Notes: a model not told the origin generated them from the letters alone. A DNA stretch of 64,000 bases from an uncultured Synergistaceae bacterium (GCA_964496275.1 CAZBYL010000003.1:9261-73260); one strand, 5' to 3'. Positions 48,840-60,233 are shown, counted from the first letter of the stretch. A program made the numbers and translations.

Positions 48840-50498
48840 TTACATTACAACCATTTTGTCAAGAACAAGCTGCAGTGCAGTCATACTTCTCCACGTGTCA
48901 ATCCTAGGTCTGTAGACCCAACCCACAAGAGAGTTCATGTCCTCCACCATTTCAGCTGCGCCAAAACCAAGAAGAGTGGATCCGCCCAAGTCGATTTTAA
49001 CGTGTTTTCCGTTTTTGCCCATGGGAGAGATCTTAATTTCGCCGTCATACGGGGAATACAGTTTCGGTGAGGGATTTTCCATGCCAAACGGTCCGAGCTC
49101 CTCCCCCTCACGCCAGATATCTATACTGAGATTGCCCGGAGCCCAATAGAGTAGATCTTCTTTTTCGCCCTTTACCAGAACTTTAGAAAGAATTCTTTCC
49201 ATTTCGACTCTTAGTTCCGACCAATTCTCCTGTTTAACACTAAAACCGGCTGCAAGGCGGTGTCCCCCCCATGTATTCAGGAGCGGAGCCAACATTTTAA
49301 GGACCCCTACGGCATCCCCGCCGCTTGGCATACGCAGTGTTCCCCGCATAACATCACCTACAGAGGCGACCAAGGCAACAGGTGCATTGCGTGAGCAGCA
49401 AATTCGACTCGCAACACTGCTTAAAACGCCTACCGACCAATCTTCATTGGTCAGTACATACTGAAAATCATTATCTTCTGACACTTCAACCTGCGATAAA
49501 ATCTTCGTAGATAACTCTCTGCGTTTTTTATTGAGAGATATCATTTTATCCACAGCATCATATAGGTCTCCACCGGGAAAAAGTATTTTAACGGCTAAAT
49601 CCGCAAGATAGAGCCGCCCTGCCGCATTTAGGCACGGGATAATCTTCATCGCCAAGTCCTCACTGTCCAATGTCGACGGAACAACTCCGAGTTTCTCCAT
49701 AAGTATAGAGAGCCCCGGGCGAGGGTGATTTCTTAATGTGTTAAGGCCATTCTGTACCAGAACCCTGTTAAGAGGAGAGGCCATAGAAACACAATCAGCT
49801 ACGGTAGCAAGAGCAACTAGGTCGAGCAACTTATATAAATGTTCAGTTGGAAGAAGTTCATTTTGCCAAGCCCAGCACCATATGACCCCGGTAGCGCACA
49901 ATTTTTTTGCCAGCCTATCGCCGGCAATCTGAGGATTCACAAGCGTGTCACATAGCGCCGCGATGCCTTCTACAAGATGATGGTCGAAGATAACAACGGG
50001 AATTCCGCTCTCTTTGATCAGTCTTACGGCATCTGCATCCTGCGAACCACAGTCAACCACTATTACCAAGTCGCACTTCCTTTTGGCTATGCTTTGTGCG
50101 ACTTCCATGTGAAGTCCATATCCTTGGTTAAATCGATGAGGAATAAAATACCTAACCTTGGCATGTTTAGCTAAAACCATCTCCATTGCCAGAGTTGTGG
50201 ATGAAATTCCATCGACATCATAATCGCCGTACACAACGACATCAGAATTCTCAGACAAACCGCGTATAATATCAGCTGCTTTAGAATTCGATTCTCCTAA
50301 GTCTAACATAGATAAAAGTTTAGGCATGTCCGGACTCAGCCAGCCGTCCGCTTCTAATCTGCTTGAATCTGGAGTTAGCCCCCGCATTTCGAGCAGCGCC
50401 GCTTGAAATGCAGTGCACCCAAACTTCAAGGATAGTTCGGATGCGATTTTTCCGGGAGTGTATATATTTAAATCTTCCCTAGGACAGCGTACAACCAA
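48840..50498 (-). CDS. recJ: single-stranded-DNA-specific exonuclease RecJ
   Basis: 552 aa with DHH motifs (GDYDVDG, VDCG, FDHH) and a DHHA1 domain (GGH). Confidence 0.88.
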   Translation of the reverse strand: MVVRCPREDLNIYTPGKIASELSLKFGCTAFQAALLEMRGLTPDSSRLEADGWLSPDMPKLLSMLDLGESNSKAADIIRGLSENSDVVVYGDYDVDGISSTTLAMEMVLAKHAKVRYFIPHRFNQGYGLHMEVAQSIAKRKCDLVIVVDCGSQDADAVRLIKESGIPVVIFDHHLVEGIAALCDTLVNPQIAGDRLAKKLCATGVIWCWAWQNELLPTEHLYKLLDLVALATVADCVSMASPLNRVLVQNGLNTLRNHPRPGLSILMEKLGVVPSTLDSEDLAMKIIPCLNAAGRLYLADLAVKILFPGGDLYDAVDKMISLNKKRRELSTKILSQVEVSEDNDFQYVLTNEDWSVGVLSSVASRICCSRNAPVALVASVGDVMRGTLRMPSGGDAVGVLKMLAPLLNTWGGHRLAAGFSVKQENWSELRVEMERILSKVLVKGEKEDLLYWAPGNLSIDIWREGEELGPFGMENPSPKLYSPYDGEIKISPMGKNGKHVKIDLGGSTLLGFGAAEMVEDMNSLVGWVYRPRIDTWRSMTALQLVLDKMVVM

Positions 50499-50500
50499 CG

Positions 50501-50869
50501 TCAGTCCGCCATTCCAGCGTTATTTGCAGAAACATTCTTTTCTGTTGTAACTTGTCCGCTATTCTCAGCAGCCACCTTGCTGGCAGCCATCGATTCTATT
50601 ATCATTTTCTTTTCGCTCTCAAGAGAGAGTATTTTGTCATCTTTAATTTTTAACTCTCTTTTGTATTTTCCTCTCACCTCAAAAAGGGAAAATATTGAGA
50701 AGATCCACATAAGTGCAGAACCGGCACAAAATACCAGAACTTCCCAAACACCCTGTGGAAAAGTCCACTCAAACACAAGAAACCTTACCGTGACATCACC
50801 AATGTTCTGAAACGCAAAAAGTGCGGACAAAAACATAGTCAGCGTAATCGCCAAAATATAACTTTTCAT
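50501..50869 (-). CDS. LapA-domain (DUF1049) small membrane protein
   Basis: 122 aa with two TM helices flanking VRFLVFEWTFPQGVW, then a coiled coil. Confidence 0.65.
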   Translation of the reverse strand: MKSYILAITLTMFLSALFAFQNIGDVTVRFLVFEWTFPQGVWEVLVFCAGSALMWIFSIFSLFEVRGKYKRELKIKDDKILSLESEKKMIIESMAASKVAAENSGQVTTEKNVSANNAGMAD

Positions 50870-50940
50870 GCCGTAGCCCCCCTAATCAGAAAACCTACAT
50901 AAACTTCCATAATTATAATACATCAGAGGAATAATCAGTT

Positions 50941-50967
50941 AAAAAAAAAGAGGGGCACATGCCCCCC
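50941..50967 (-). terminator. Rho-independent terminator after secF
   Basis: Minus-strand GGGGC-AUGU-GCCCC, extendable, followed by UC and a U9 run (50941-50949). Confidence 0.75.
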
Positions 50968-50982
50968 TTGTAATAGATTATA

Positions 50983-51864
50983 CTAGTATTTGGGTGAACG
51001 GAGATACCACTCGGCAACAACAGAGCTAGCAATGTATATAGAGCTGTATGTACCGACACCGATACCTACGAGGAAGGCGAAGGCAAAATTGCTTATTACC
51101 TCACCACCGAAAATAAACATTGCAACAACAGGCAAAAGCGTTGTAAGTGACGTATTTATCGTACGTGATAGGGTCTGGTTGATGGAGCTGTCAACGAGCT
51201 CAACGACTCCCTTGTTTTTAACTGAGCCCCAGTTCTCGCGTACCCTGTCCAACACGACGATTGTGTCATTCAAAGAATAGCCGACTACCGTTAGAATTGC
51301 AGCGATGAAGGCTACAGACACTTCTTTGCCTGTAAAACTGTATACTCCGAGCATGATAATCGCATCATGCACCAAAGAGAGTACAGCCGCAACGCCAAAA
51401 CGAAATTTAAATCTAAAGGCCATGTAAAGCAGTATTCCAGAGAGAGCTAAGACAAGAGAAATAACGGCCTGGCTGCGAAGTTCCTTACCAACAACAGGTC
51501 CAACTTTGTCTATCTTCATAACCGTGAGCGAACCAAAGTCTTTTTTCAATGTATCAAGAACTTGGCGACGAACATCTTCATCCTGCGCTTGGCAACGAAT
51601 TAGGACATCATTATCACCGTATGCCTGAATGATTGCCTGACCTTGACCTATTGTGCTAAGGCTGCTGCGTATCTTTGCAACTTCAATCTTGTTGTCAAAC
51701 TTAACCTGCAGAACCAAGCCGCCCGTAAAGTCAACACTTAGATTAAGACCTCTTGTCATCAGAACACCTAAAGATGCGACAAGGCAAATGATACTAAATA
51801 CCAGCCATGCCTTACGATATTTCATAAAGTGAATGTTTAGCTTTGATGCGTCAAAAGTAGCCAT
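50983..51864 (-). CDS. secF: protein translocase subunit SecF
   Basis: 293 aa with six TM segments and conserved ...VDFTGG..., ...LHDAIIMLG..., ...SLNDTIVVLDRVRE. Confidence 0.92.
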   Translation of the reverse strand: MATFDASKLNIHFMKYRKAWLVFSIICLVASLGVLMTRGLNLSVDFTGGLVLQVKFDNKIEVAKIRSSLSTIGQGQAIIQAYGDNDVLIRCQAQDEDVRRQVLDTLKKDFGSLTVMKIDKVGPVVGKELRSQAVISLVLALSGILLYMAFRFKFRFGVAAVLSLVHDAIIMLGVYSFTGKEVSVAFIAAILTVVGYSLNDTIVVLDRVRENWGSVKNKGVVELVDSSINQTLSRTINTSLTTLLPVVAMFIFGGEVISNFAFAFLVGIGVGTYSSIYIASSVVAEWYLRSPKY

Positions 51865-51876
51865 TTGTTCCGCCTC

Positions 51877-53259
51877 CTAAAGGGTCATGCCCTTGCGGGA
51901 TGAGAGAATTGCCCCCAGAAGGGTGCGCGTGACAACAACGTTACAGAAAACAGACGACACAACACCTATGCTGAGAGTAACGGCAAAGCCGCGTATGGGA
52001 CCGCTTCCGAAGTAGAACAAAACAGCCGCGGCAATAAGAGTTGTGATGTTAGAGTCAAGGATAACGACTAGTGCTTTCTTAAAACCGGCATCAAGAGCAG
52101 CCATAATTGTCTTGCCCGAACGGAATTCTTCTTTCATTCTCTCGTATATAAGGATATTGCCGTCAACAGCCATACCGATAGTTAGAATTACTCCTCCTAT
52201 ACCCGGCAGGGTCAGGGTTGACTTGAGGAAGATAAGGCTGGCTATTACGACCAAAACAGCAACACAAAGTGCTATATCGGCTGCAAGCCCAAGTATTCCG
52301 TAGTATACAAGCATAAAAAGAACTACAAGCGCAGCTCCTATAAGGCCGGATCTCACGCCGTCACTTATTGAGTCAGCACCAAGCGTAGGTCCGACAGACC
52401 TGTTTTCGAGAATTTCTACTCCGACAGGAAGAGCTCCCGCTCTAAGCATGATAGCAAGGCGGTTTGCCTCTTCTGTCGAGAATTTACCCGTTATTTGTGC
52501 CTCTCCGCCGGAAATACGCTGCTGAACGACAGGAGCTGATATGACGAGGTTGTCGAGAACTATCGCTATCTGCTTACCCACGTTTGCCGCGGTCGCTTCG
52601 TCAAAAAGCTTTGAGCCTTCGGCGCTAAACTTGAGAGAAACAGCAGCTTTGCCAAACTGGTCAAAAGTCGTATCAGCTTTGGTCAAGTTTTTTCCGTTAA
52701 CGTAGGATTTTCCAAGCAGATAAGCTCCGCCCTCTTCTCCATTTGCAACAATGACATCAGGATTTGACTTTACCGCGTTCTTCATCTGGAGTATGTACGC
52801 ATCGACTTCATTTTTTGCCTGCTCCCAGCGCCCCTGGGCTGCTTTAAACTGCTCATCAGTATCGTAATTCGAGCGTATAGGCTGCGCGGGAACTCGCGGA
52901 GATTCGCCTAAGACCTGGCGAAAATCAAGAACAGCGGTACGTCCGATAAGATCGAGCGCAGCTTCAGGATCTTCCACTCCAGGCAGGTCAATCGCGATAC
53001 GATCTTCTCCCTGACGCTGGATAACCGGTTCTGCAATGCCGTACTGGTCAATTCTGCTGCGAAGAACCGCAAGCAGACGTTCTACGCTATCGTTGTTAAC
53101 AGGATTTTCTGGAGTCCCCTTAGCTTGGAGAACAATATGCACCCCGCCTCTTAGGTCTAACCCCAGTTTGACACGTCCCTCTATAGGAAACGTTATGAAC
53201 GCGGCAATGGCAATTACTGCCAAGACAAGAACCAGCCGCCATTTGTCTCTTTTTATCAT
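51877..53259 (-). CDS. secD: protein translocase subunit SecD
   Basis: 460 aa with ...LGLDLRGG..., a periplasmic P1 domain, and ...GIGGVILTIGMAVDGNILIYERMKEE. Confidence 0.92.
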   Translation of the reverse strand: MIKRDKWRLVLVLAVIAIAAFITFPIEGRVKLGLDLRGGVHIVLQAKGTPENPVNNDSVERLLAVLRSRIDQYGIAEPVIQRQGEDRIAIDLPGVEDPEAALDLIGRTAVLDFRQVLGESPRVPAQPIRSNYDTDEQFKAAQGRWEQAKNEVDAYILQMKNAVKSNPDVIVANGEEGGAYLLGKSYVNGKNLTKADTTFDQFGKAAVSLKFSAEGSKLFDEATAANVGKQIAIVLDNLVISAPVVQQRISGGEAQITGKFSTEEANRLAIMLRAGALPVGVEILENRSVGPTLGADSISDGVRSGLIGAALVVLFMLVYYGILGLAADIALCVAVLVVIASLIFLKSTLTLPGIGGVILTIGMAVDGNILIYERMKEEFRSGKTIMAALDAGFKKALVVILDSNITTLIAAAVLFYFGSGPIRGFAVTLSIGVVSSVFCNVVVTRTLLGAILSSRKGMTL

Positions 53260-53281
53260 GAACTAGCGCCTCCTTGCACAG

Positions 53282-53314
53282 AAAACGGAGTGGACACTAA
53301 TATGGTCCTCTCCG
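53282..53314 (-). terminator. hairpin plus U-tract between yajC and secD (possible attenuator)
   Basis: Minus-strand CGGAGAGGAC-(9-nt loop)-GUCCACUCCG forms 9 of 10 pairs, followed by UUUUCUG. It lies inside what is normally one operon. Confidence 0.35.
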
Positions 53315-53340
53315 CAAAATAGCACAATTCTATAGGCAGA

Positions 53341-53808
53341 TTATGCCTCTTTCTTATTCTCCGTCTCAGCATCTGCTGGTTCTGAATCAGCCACGGGCTC
53401 AGCAACAACGACATCTGCTTCAGTTTCGGCAGTATTTGCTTCAACACTGGGTTCCTGTACAGGCGCTGATGCCTCTTCATCTGACTCTGTGTTCTTTTTA
53501 ATCTTCTTTTTCTTAGGTTTAGAATCAGAAGCAGCATCAGTCTTCTTCATTGAAATCGAGCTTTTGAGTATACGTGCTTTTACACCGTCATCGAGCTCAA
53601 TTATATAGCTGTCATCCAGAATCTCACGAACAACACCAAAGAATCCTCCGGCTGTAATAACAGTGACACCTCTGCTGATGCTCGCAAGCATCTCCTCATG
53701 AGCTTTTTGTTTTTTCTTCTGCGGACGAATAATCATAAAATAAAATATTGCCGCAAACATTGCCAGAGGTAACATCATTCCTACAAGTCCACCCTGCTGA
53801 CCACCCAA
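53341..53808 (-). CDS. yajC: preprotein translocase subunit YajC with extended low-complexity C-terminal tail
   Basis: The N-terminal 90 aa are canonical YajC (MLPLAMFAAIFYFMIIRPQKKKQK...GGFFGVV). These are followed by about 65 aa of Lys-rich then acidic/Ala/Glu-rich sequence. Confidence 0.85.
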   Translation of the reverse strand: MGGQQGGLVGMMLPLAMFAAIFYFMIIRPQKKKQKAHEEMLASISRGVTVITAGGFFGVVREILDDSYIIELDDGVKARILKSSISMKKTDAASDSKPKKKKIKKNTESDEEASAPVQEPSVEANTAETEADVVVAEPVADSEPADAETENKKEA

Positions 53809-53927
53809 AAGAAACCCTCCTTAACCTCTATTTTGAATTTTTTTGTGAAACCATTTTTGCGCCTATGTAAGGCAAGCCGTTAGTTATTTTATCACGAGAA
53901 AGGCTCAGACGTATATATCTATTTGAT

Positions 53928-54566
53928 TTAATGAGTTTTTTCTTTCTCCTTTAAAAAGAAGAGCAGTTTCTCCAGTTCAACAAATATATCGACTCTGTAG
54001 AAAAGGACTCTTTCCGGGACAACTACAGAGGCAGGAGTGAAAGCAAGGATACCTTTTAAAGAAGGGGACTCGGATGCTTTGTTCACACATGCCTGTGCAG
54101 CGACAGGCGGAACGGCTAGGATAAGCACTTCTATATCTTTCTCCCTCATTATCCGAGCAATATCATCAACATGCCAGCAATGCACACCCATAATATCCCG
54201 CCCAACTTTCGCGGGATCCACGTCAAACAAGGCTTCCACACTAAACTTGTAACTCTGAAATGAAGCGTGAGCCATCAAGGCAGTACCAAGATTTCCTACA
54301 CCGGCAAGTGCTACGCGCCAAACCTTCGGCGAAGCAAGAATATTTTCTATATGGGCGCAGAGCCTTTCAACTTGATAACCGACTCCCCGTTTACCTATTT
54401 CACCAAAATAGGAAAGGTCTTTGCGAACCTGGCTGGCCTTTATTCCAAGCATATTACCCATCTGCAATGACGAAACGACACTGTTGTTGTTATTCTTCAT
54501 TTGCTTGAGCAGTCTATAGTACTGAATAAGCCTCTCTACTGTCGGTTCAGCGACACGCATACACAT
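53928..54566 (-). CDS. rex: redox-sensing transcriptional repressor Rex
   Basis: 212 aa with a winged-helix N-terminus (RLIQYYRLLKQM...) and an NADH Rossmann motif (VALAGVGNLGTAL). Confidence 0.9.
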   Translation of the reverse strand: MCMRVAEPTVERLIQYYRLLKQMKNNNNSVVSSLQMGNMLGIKASQVRKDLSYFGEIGKRGVGYQVERLCAHIENILASPKVWRVALAGVGNLGTALMAHASFQSYKFSVEALFDVDPAKVGRDIMGVHCWHVDDIARIMREKDIEVLILAVPPVAAQACVNKASESPSLKGILAFTPASVVVPERVLFYRVDIFVELEKLLFFLKEKEKTH

Positions 54567-54582
54567 TCACCTCTTTTTAATA

Positions 54583-54858
54583 TTACCAGGGACGTTCATC
54601 CTCTTGCACACGACGCTCTTCAACGACATCGTAGGCCGCAACATTCCGTCTGAGCTGAGCTTCATCTGACACAATAACCTTCACAGTTAAAACCCTTCTC
54701 GGATATGCTATTTCAATCACGTCACCATCACACACAGACGCAGAGGGTTTTGAAACTTTTTTATTGATGCGAACAGCCCCGACTTCGGACATTTCCTGAG
54801 CAACAGTGCGTCGTTTTACCAGTCTTGAAAGCTTTAGATACTTATCCAATCTTACCAT
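54583..54858 (-). CDS. S4-domain RNA-binding protein (Hsp15/YabO-like)
   Basis: MVRLDKYLKLSRLVKRRTVAQEMSEVGAVRINKK... ATG 54858 is 10 nt after GAGGAG. The 36-codon N-terminal extension in the track is unsupported. Confidence 0.8.
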   Translation of the reverse strand: MVRLDKYLKLSRLVKRRTVAQEMSEVGAVRINKKVSKPSASVCDGDVIEIAYPRRVLTVKVIVSDEAQLRRNVAAYDVVEERRVQEDERPW

Positions 54859-54987
54859 ATGTCCGTATCTCCTCACTGCAATAGAGAAGTATAATCCTTT
54901 ATGCGACATCACGCAATAATTTATCCACTGTGCAGAAACACAAAAAGGATACCCCATAGAGAGCACGAGATACCCTTATCAGATAAA

Positions 54988-56370
54988 TTACTCCAAGAAA
55001 TCTTTTAATTTTTTACTGCGGCTCGGATGCCTCAGTTTCCTAAGAGCCTTTGCTTCTATCTGGCGGATTCTCTCTCTTGTGACTCCAAATTTGCGTCCTA
55101 CTTCCTCAAGAGTGTGAGCGTGTCCATCTTCAAGCCCAAAACGCAATCTCAGAACTTCACGCTCTCGGTCTGTAAGGTCATCCAGCATTTCATCAAGCTG
55201 CTCACGCAAAATTTGGCTGGCGGCTGCCTCTTCGGGGCTTGGAAGCTCCTTGTCCTCAAGAAAATCACCAAGCTGACTATCTTCTTCCTCCCCAATAGGA
55301 GTTTCCAAAGATACGGGTTCTTGTGCTATCCTTTGTATCTCTTCCACCCTATCAGATGGAATTTCCATCTCGGCTGCAATTTCCTCTGCGGAAGGTTCGC
55401 GTCCCAAGCGCTGTACAAGCTGGCGAGACACTCTTATAAGTTTATTGATTGTCTCAACCATGTGAACAGGAATGCGTATCGTCCTAGCCTGGTCAGCAAT
55501 TGCTCGCGTAATTGCCTGTCTTATCCACCATGTGGCGTATGTGCTGAACTTATAGCCCTTACGGTAATCAAACTTCTCGACAGCTCTGATTAGTCCAAGA
55601 TTACCCTCTTGAATAAGGTCAAGAAAGAGCATTCCGCGCCCGATGTACTTCTTTGCAATACTTACAACAAGGCGAAGGTTAGCTTCAACCAGTGCATCTT
55701 TACAAGAGGCGTCCCCTGCTTCGACACCTTTTGCAAGTGTGACCTCATCTTCGGACGTTAAAAGAGGTATTTTACCGATCTCACGCAGGTACATACGCAC
55801 GGGATCAGAAAGCGGAAGATCTTCAAGATCCCCCATCTCTTCGCTGTTAGATGCGGTAGGAAGCGCAGCCTCGCCATCTGACGGGTCAACCTTCTTTTTA
55901 GGTTCATCAACTACGTCAATTCCCAATTCCATAAGGTTCATATAGAGGTTATCAAGAATTTCAGCCGTCAAAAGATCCTTTGGCATTCTCTTCTCAATGT
56001 CTTCGTATGTAACAAAACCTTTTTCTCGTCCCTCGTGAAGAAGATCCCGAACGTTATCAATATATGCGCTATATTCAGCTCCTTCGCCTTCCTCAGCAGT
56101 TCCAGAGGGTACAGCATCAACATCAGGCGCAGTTTCCTCTTCCTCGGCACAAATAATCTTTATATCCTCAGAAATATCAGAAGGGTCGACAACATCCTCA
56201 TCTGTCATATCCGAGATCAGGATATCTTCAATCTTTGAGGGCTCCTCTACGTCTTCAAGATCAGGATCTATGTCCTCCGGCAAAGATTCATGTAACATCA
56301 AATCTTCTTTTTTTTCGGTGCTATCTTCCACAGCAGAAAGCAGACCTTTCTTTTTAGTCGTCTTTTTCAT
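54988..56370 (-). CDS. rpoD: RNA polymerase primary sigma factor
   Basis: Regions 1.2-4.2 are present (...[11 protein letters not shown]..., ...[36 protein letters not shown]..., ...[20 protein letters not shown]). ATG 56370 follows GGGAGGG and overlaps the dnaG stop (ATGA). Confidence 0.95.
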   Translation of the reverse strand: MKKTTKKKGLLSAVEDSTEKKEDLMLHESLPEDIDPDLEDVEEPSKIEDILISDMTDEDVVDPSDISEDIKIICAEEEETAPDVDAVPSGTAEEGEGAEYSAYIDNVRDLLHEGREKGFVTYEDIEKRMPKDLLTAEILDNLYMNLMELGIDVVDEPKKKVDPSDGEAALPTASNSEEMGDLEDLPLSDPVRMYLREIGKIPLLTSEDEVTLAKGVEAGDASCKDALVEANLRLVVSIAKKYIGRGMLFLDLIQEGNLGLIRAVEKFDYRKGYKFSTYATWWIRQAITRAIADQARTIRIPVHMVETINKLIRVSRQLVQRLGREPSAEEIAAEMEIPSDRVEEIQRIAQEPVSLETPIGEEEDSQLGDFLEDKELPSPEEAAASQILREQLDEMLDDLTDREREVLRLRFGLEDGHAHTLEEVGRKFGVTRERIRQIEAKALRKLRHPSRSKKLKDFLE

Positions 56371-58106
56371 GCCCCAAAATTCCCTCCCTTTAATTTCCGG
56401 GTCAGGATCACGCATTCCTGAACCTCATCAGCCGTAGCTGTATTTTTTTTCAATCTGTTTTGCAGGTAAAAAACCCTACTTTGAATGTGCCGCTTGCTAA
56501 GAATTTCAGTAATTTTAGCGACACTTTCGACAGTGAGCCCCTCCTTATCAACCAATCCGTTGCCCATAGCAACAACATTAAGCCCGGCAACATCTCCCAT
56601 CGTTCTCCAATGTTTTTCTAATAACTCAGGTTTTTCTCCGGACAAAAGTGCAGAAATAATATTTTGGACTACGGGGCTGCTTATCAGAGGCAAGATAGAC
56701 TCAGGAACGAGTGCAGATCTTAGCTCTTCACTACCCCAAAGCAAACTGCAAAGCTGACACTCTATAGGATCGATTTGCTCGTCTTCAGGCATATCCTCCG
56801 GCTGAAAATCATCTTCGGGAATTTTTTTACTGTCACCCCTAACACGCCTCTGTCGTGACACTATTTCCTCCTGAAGCTTATGTGCAAATACGCCAAGTTC
56901 TCTGCCTATTCTATCCAAATGGGGCTGTAAATCAAACATAGAAAGCGATGCAAGTCCATCAAGCAAATCTTCTCTTGCCGCAAATGACTTTTCTGGATCC
57001 GTAATATCAGCACTACGTATAACAGCATGGTAGACAGGCAAAGGAAGTGCATTTTCTATAGCTTGCTCAAACAACTTCGTTCCACCCTGCTGAACAAGCA
57101 GTTCATCAGGATCCTTAGCGCCTTCTATCCGAACTATTTTGACTGTAACTCCGCGTCGCTGCAAGATATACATCCCTCTTAAGGCTGCCTCCTGACCTGC
57201 TGCATCGGAGTCATAGCAAATATAACAAAGATTCGTTACTCTTTTTATCAACGAGGCCTGTGCATCTGTAAGAGCCGTACCGAGAGATGCTACTGTATTT
57301 GTAAACCCAGTCACATGAGCACGTATGGCATCCATATATCCCTCAACCAAAATAATACTTCCGTTCTCACGAGCGGGGATCTTTGCCTTATTCAAAAGGT
57401 ATAAATTATTTCTTTTGTTAAAAACGGAGCTTTCGGGGCTGTTTAAATACTTAGCCTCATCCCCATCCAGAATGCGCCCGCCAAATCCGACTAGCCTGTC
57501 ATTAAGGGCATATATGGGAAACATAACTCGTCCCCTAAATCTATCGTACGTGCCATTGGTTCCCTGCGAAATAAGTCCGCTTTCCGCAATCTGCCCCTGA
57601 GTATACCCTTGACTCTCCAAATAGCGTTTAAGCGCATCCCAAGAGGGCGGCGCCCACCCTATCTCAAAACGCGCACACATTTCAGGAGAAATACTCCTAC
57701 GCTCCAAATATGCTCTGGCAGCTTCACCTGTACGTTCAATCAGTGATTTCTTAAAAAAATCTAAGGCTAACAGTTGAATATTTTTGTAACCAACAGAACT
57801 TGAGGAGGCGGTGGGGTTCGTCTTCTGTAATGTAACACCGGCTCTTTCTGCTAACAATTCAAGTGCTTCACGAAAATCGACATGTTCCACTTCCATGATA
57901 AAGGTAAAAATATCTCCACCCTTGCCGCAACCGAAACAGTGAAATGTCTGACGCTCTTGAGATACGCTAAAAGAGGGTGTCTTTTCATTGTGAAACGGAC
58001 ACAGCCCCCAATGCGTACGCCCATTTTTACGCAGTGCCAAATAATCTCCGACGATTTCGACAATATCAAGCCTTGATTTTATTTCGCGCACATCGTCAGA
58101 AGCCAT
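56367..58106 (-). CDS. dnaG: DNA primase
   Basis: Zinc finger [11 protein letters not shown]...CFGCG and a TOPRIM domain (VEGYMD...DSDAAG). ATG 58106 is 7-8 nt after GAGGTG. Confidence 0.93.
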   Translation of the reverse strand: MASDDVREIKSRLDIVEIVGDYLALRKNGRTHWGLCPFHNEKTPSFSVSQERQTFHCFGCGKGGDIFTFIMEVEHVDFREALELLAERAGVTLQKTNPTASSSSVGYKNIQLLALDFFKKSLIERTGEAARAYLERRSISPEMCARFEIGWAPPSWDALKRYLESQGYTQGQIAESGLISQGTNGTYDRFRGRVMFPIYALNDRLVGFGGRILDGDEAKYLNSPESSVFNKRNNLYLLNKAKIPARENGSIILVEGYMDAIRAHVTGFTNTVASLGTALTDAQASLIKRVTNLCYICYDSDAAGQEAALRGMYILQRRGVTVKIVRIEGAKDPDELLVQQGGTKLFEQAIENALPLPVYHAVIRSADITDPEKSFAAREDLLDGLASLSMFDLQPHLDRIGRELGVFAHKLQEEIVSRQRRVRGDSKKIPEDDFQPEDMPEDEQIDPIECQLCSLLWGSEELRSALVPESILPLISSPVVQNIISALLSGEKPELLEKHWRTMGDVAGLNVVAMGNGLVDKEGLTVESVAKITEILSKRHIQSRVFYLQNRLKKNTATADEVQECVILTRKLKGGNFGA

Positions 58107-58134
58107 TAAGATACACCTCACAAAATAGAAGACC

Positions 58135-58159
58135 AGAGGGAGAGTAAAACTCTCCCTCT
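58135..58159 (-). terminator. hairpin terminator after hppA
   Basis: Perfect 11-bp stem AGAGGGAGAGU-UUU-ACUCUCCCUCU on the minus strand, followed by a moderately U-rich tail (GGUCUUCUAUUUUG). Confidence 0.5.
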
Positions 58160-58214
58160 AGACATTATCACAAAGAACACTGTTATTCTTGCAAATAATT
58201 GATATTACCAGTGC

Positions 58215-60173
58215 TTATACAAACAGAGGAGCAAGAACCGTTGCAACGACAGACATAAGCTTTATAAGTATGTTGAGGCTGGGGCCTGCCGTGTCCTTGA
58301 ACGGGTCGCCTACCGTGTCGCCTACGACTGCGGCTGCGTGAGGCGCTGTGCCTTTGCCGCCGTGGTGACCGCCCTCTATGTATTTCTTCGCGTTATCCCA
58401 TGCGCCTCCGGCGTTTGACATGAATATTGCCATCATGACGCCTGTTACTATGGAGCCGCCAAGAAGTCCGCCGAGCGCGGGCGCGCCGAGTCCGAGTCCG
58501 ACGACTACGGGAGCAAGTACCGCCATTATTCCGGGAAGGACCATTTCACGAAGTGCGGCAGCCGTTGAGATGTCTACGCAGCGCTCGTATTCGGGACGTC
58601 CCGTACCTTCCATTATTCCGGGGATTTCACGGAACTGGCGGCGTACTTCTTCTATCATTTTTTCGGCCGCGCGGCTTACTGCCTGAATTGAGAGCGCGCT
58701 GAATATGAAGGGAAGGAGTCCCCCTATGAAGAGCCCTATCATTACTTTCGGGTCTTTAAGGTCTATGGTCTGGAGATTTGTCGCCTGTGCAAATGCAACA
58801 AATAGGGCAAGCGCCGTAAGAGCCGCAGAACCTATGGCAAGTCCTTTGCCTACCGCAGCAGTCGTGTTGCCTACCGCGTCGAGTCTGTCTGTTATTTCAC
58901 GGACGGATTCGGGGAGGTCTGCCATTTCCGCTATGCCTCCTGCGTTGTCGGAGATGGGGCCGTATGCGTCAACGGAGAGGACCATACCTGTGATAGCGAG
59001 CATTCCGACCGCGGCGCAGGATATGCCGTAGAGTCCGCCGAATTTAACTCCGGCAAGGATTGCTATGCACACGAGGATGACGGGAATTGCTGTGGATTTC
59101 ATTCCTACTCCGAGTCCTGCAAGGATGTTTGTGGCAGGACCTGTCTCGGAAGCCTGAGCTATCTCTTTGACGCTTGAGTATTCGTCCGAGGTGTAGTATT
59201 CGGTGACAAGTCCTATGAGTATTCCCGATACAACTCCGGATACAACAGCGTAGAAGAGTGTGATGTCGCCGGCAAATACCCAGTTCGTGAGGAAATATGT
59301 GCCCGCTATCATGAAGAGACCGGTTGTGCCGAGTCCCCAGCGAAGAGCGTTTGCGGGGTTGCCGCCTTCTTTAAGGCGAACAAAGAATGTACCGAGTATG
59401 GAGGCCACTATACCTACAGCCGCAAGCATCATGGGGTACATGACTCCGGCTATGCCTGCCACAAGTCCGCCTATGGCCATTGCCGCTATTATGGAGTTTA
59501 CGTAGGATTCAAAGAGGTCCGCTCCCATACCGGCTATGTCGCCTACGTTGTCCCCAACGTTGTCGGCTATAACTGCGGGGTTGCGGGGGTCGTCTTCGGG
59601 GATTCCTGCTTCTACTTTACCGACAAGGTCGGCTCCCACGTCCGCAGCCTTGGTGTAGATTCCTCCGCCTACACGGGCAAAGAGCGCTATTGAGCTTGCG
59701 CCGAATCCGAATGCCGTTATCGTGTTGGGGTCTCCGTAGAGTACGAACATCGCGAGCACGCCTATAAGACCTACTCCGACAACCGTCATTCCCATTACGC
59801 TTCCGCCTTTGAATGCGATGTTAAGAGCTCCGTTCATTCCGTGCATTGCTGCAAATGCGGTTTTGCCGTTGGATTTTGTGGCTACTTTCATGCCGACGTA
59901 GCCTGTAAGAGCACTGCAAAGCGCTCCCGCTACAAAGCATACGGCGCTGGGTACGCTTATCTTCCACGCAAGAAGTGCCGCGACTACAAGCACGAAAGGC
60001 ACGAGCGCCCTGTATTCCCTGTATAGGAACGCCATTGCTCCGCTCTGGATTATGCCGGAGAGCTCGTTGACTCTCTCATTTTCCACTTTAAATGCGTTGA
60101 TCTTGCTTGAGGCAAACGCAGCGTATAGAAGTGCCAATACACCTATGCCTCCGATAATGCCCATGATTTCCAT
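58215..60173 (-). CDS. hppA: membrane-integral pyrophosphate-energised cation pump (K+-dependent-type signature)
   Basis: 652 aa, about 16 TM segments, with ...[20 protein letters not shown]..., ...DNVGDNVGD..., ...[10 protein letters not shown]..., ...[10 protein letters not shown]. Confidence 0.93.
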   Translation of the reverse strand: MEIMGIIGGIGVLALLYAAFASSKINAFKVENERVNELSGIIQSGAMAFLYREYRALVPFVLVVAALLAWKISVPSAVCFVAGALCSALTGYVGMKVATKSNGKTAFAAMHGMNGALNIAFKGGSVMGMTVVGVGLIGVLAMFVLYGDPNTITAFGFGASSIALFARVGGGIYTKAADVGADLVGKVEAGIPEDDPRNPAVIADNVGDNVGDIAGMGADLFESYVNSIIAAMAIGGLVAGIAGVMYPMMLAAVGIVASILGTFFVRLKEGGNPANALRWGLGTTGLFMIAGTYFLTNWVFAGDITLFYAVVSGVVSGILIGLVTEYYTSDEYSSVKEIAQASETGPATNILAGLGVGMKSTAIPVILVCIAILAGVKFGGLYGISCAAVGMLAITGMVLSVDAYGPISDNAGGIAEMADLPESVREITDRLDAVGNTTAAVGKGLAIGSAALTALALFVAFAQATNLQTIDLKDPKVMIGLFIGGLLPFIFSALSIQAVSRAAEKMIEEVRRQFREIPGIMEGTGRPEYERCVDISTAAALREMVLPGIMAVLAPVVVGLGLGAPALGGLLGGSIVTGVMMAIFMSNAGGAWDNAKKYIEGGHHGGKGTAPHAAAVVGDTVGDPFKDTAGPSLNILIKLMSVVATVLAPLFV

Positions 60174-60233
60174 TTGACAGAGAACCCCCTTGAAGGTTTT
60201 GGTATTATCGGCAAATATGCCGACACAACGGAA

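Noticed and set aside
53843-53850. A TTGTGAAA half-site resembling a Rex operator, just downstream of rex
   Set aside because: There is no matching TTCACAA half at the appropriate spacing (the sequence reads TTTTGCG). A single half-site in AT-rich DNA is expected by chance.
58166-58195. An imperfect inverted repeat, AAAGAAC-N7-TTCTT, between the hppA terminator and dnaG, considered as a regulator site
   Set aside because: The arms are only 5 bp and imperfect, in AT-rich promoter DNA. This is indistinguishable from chance.
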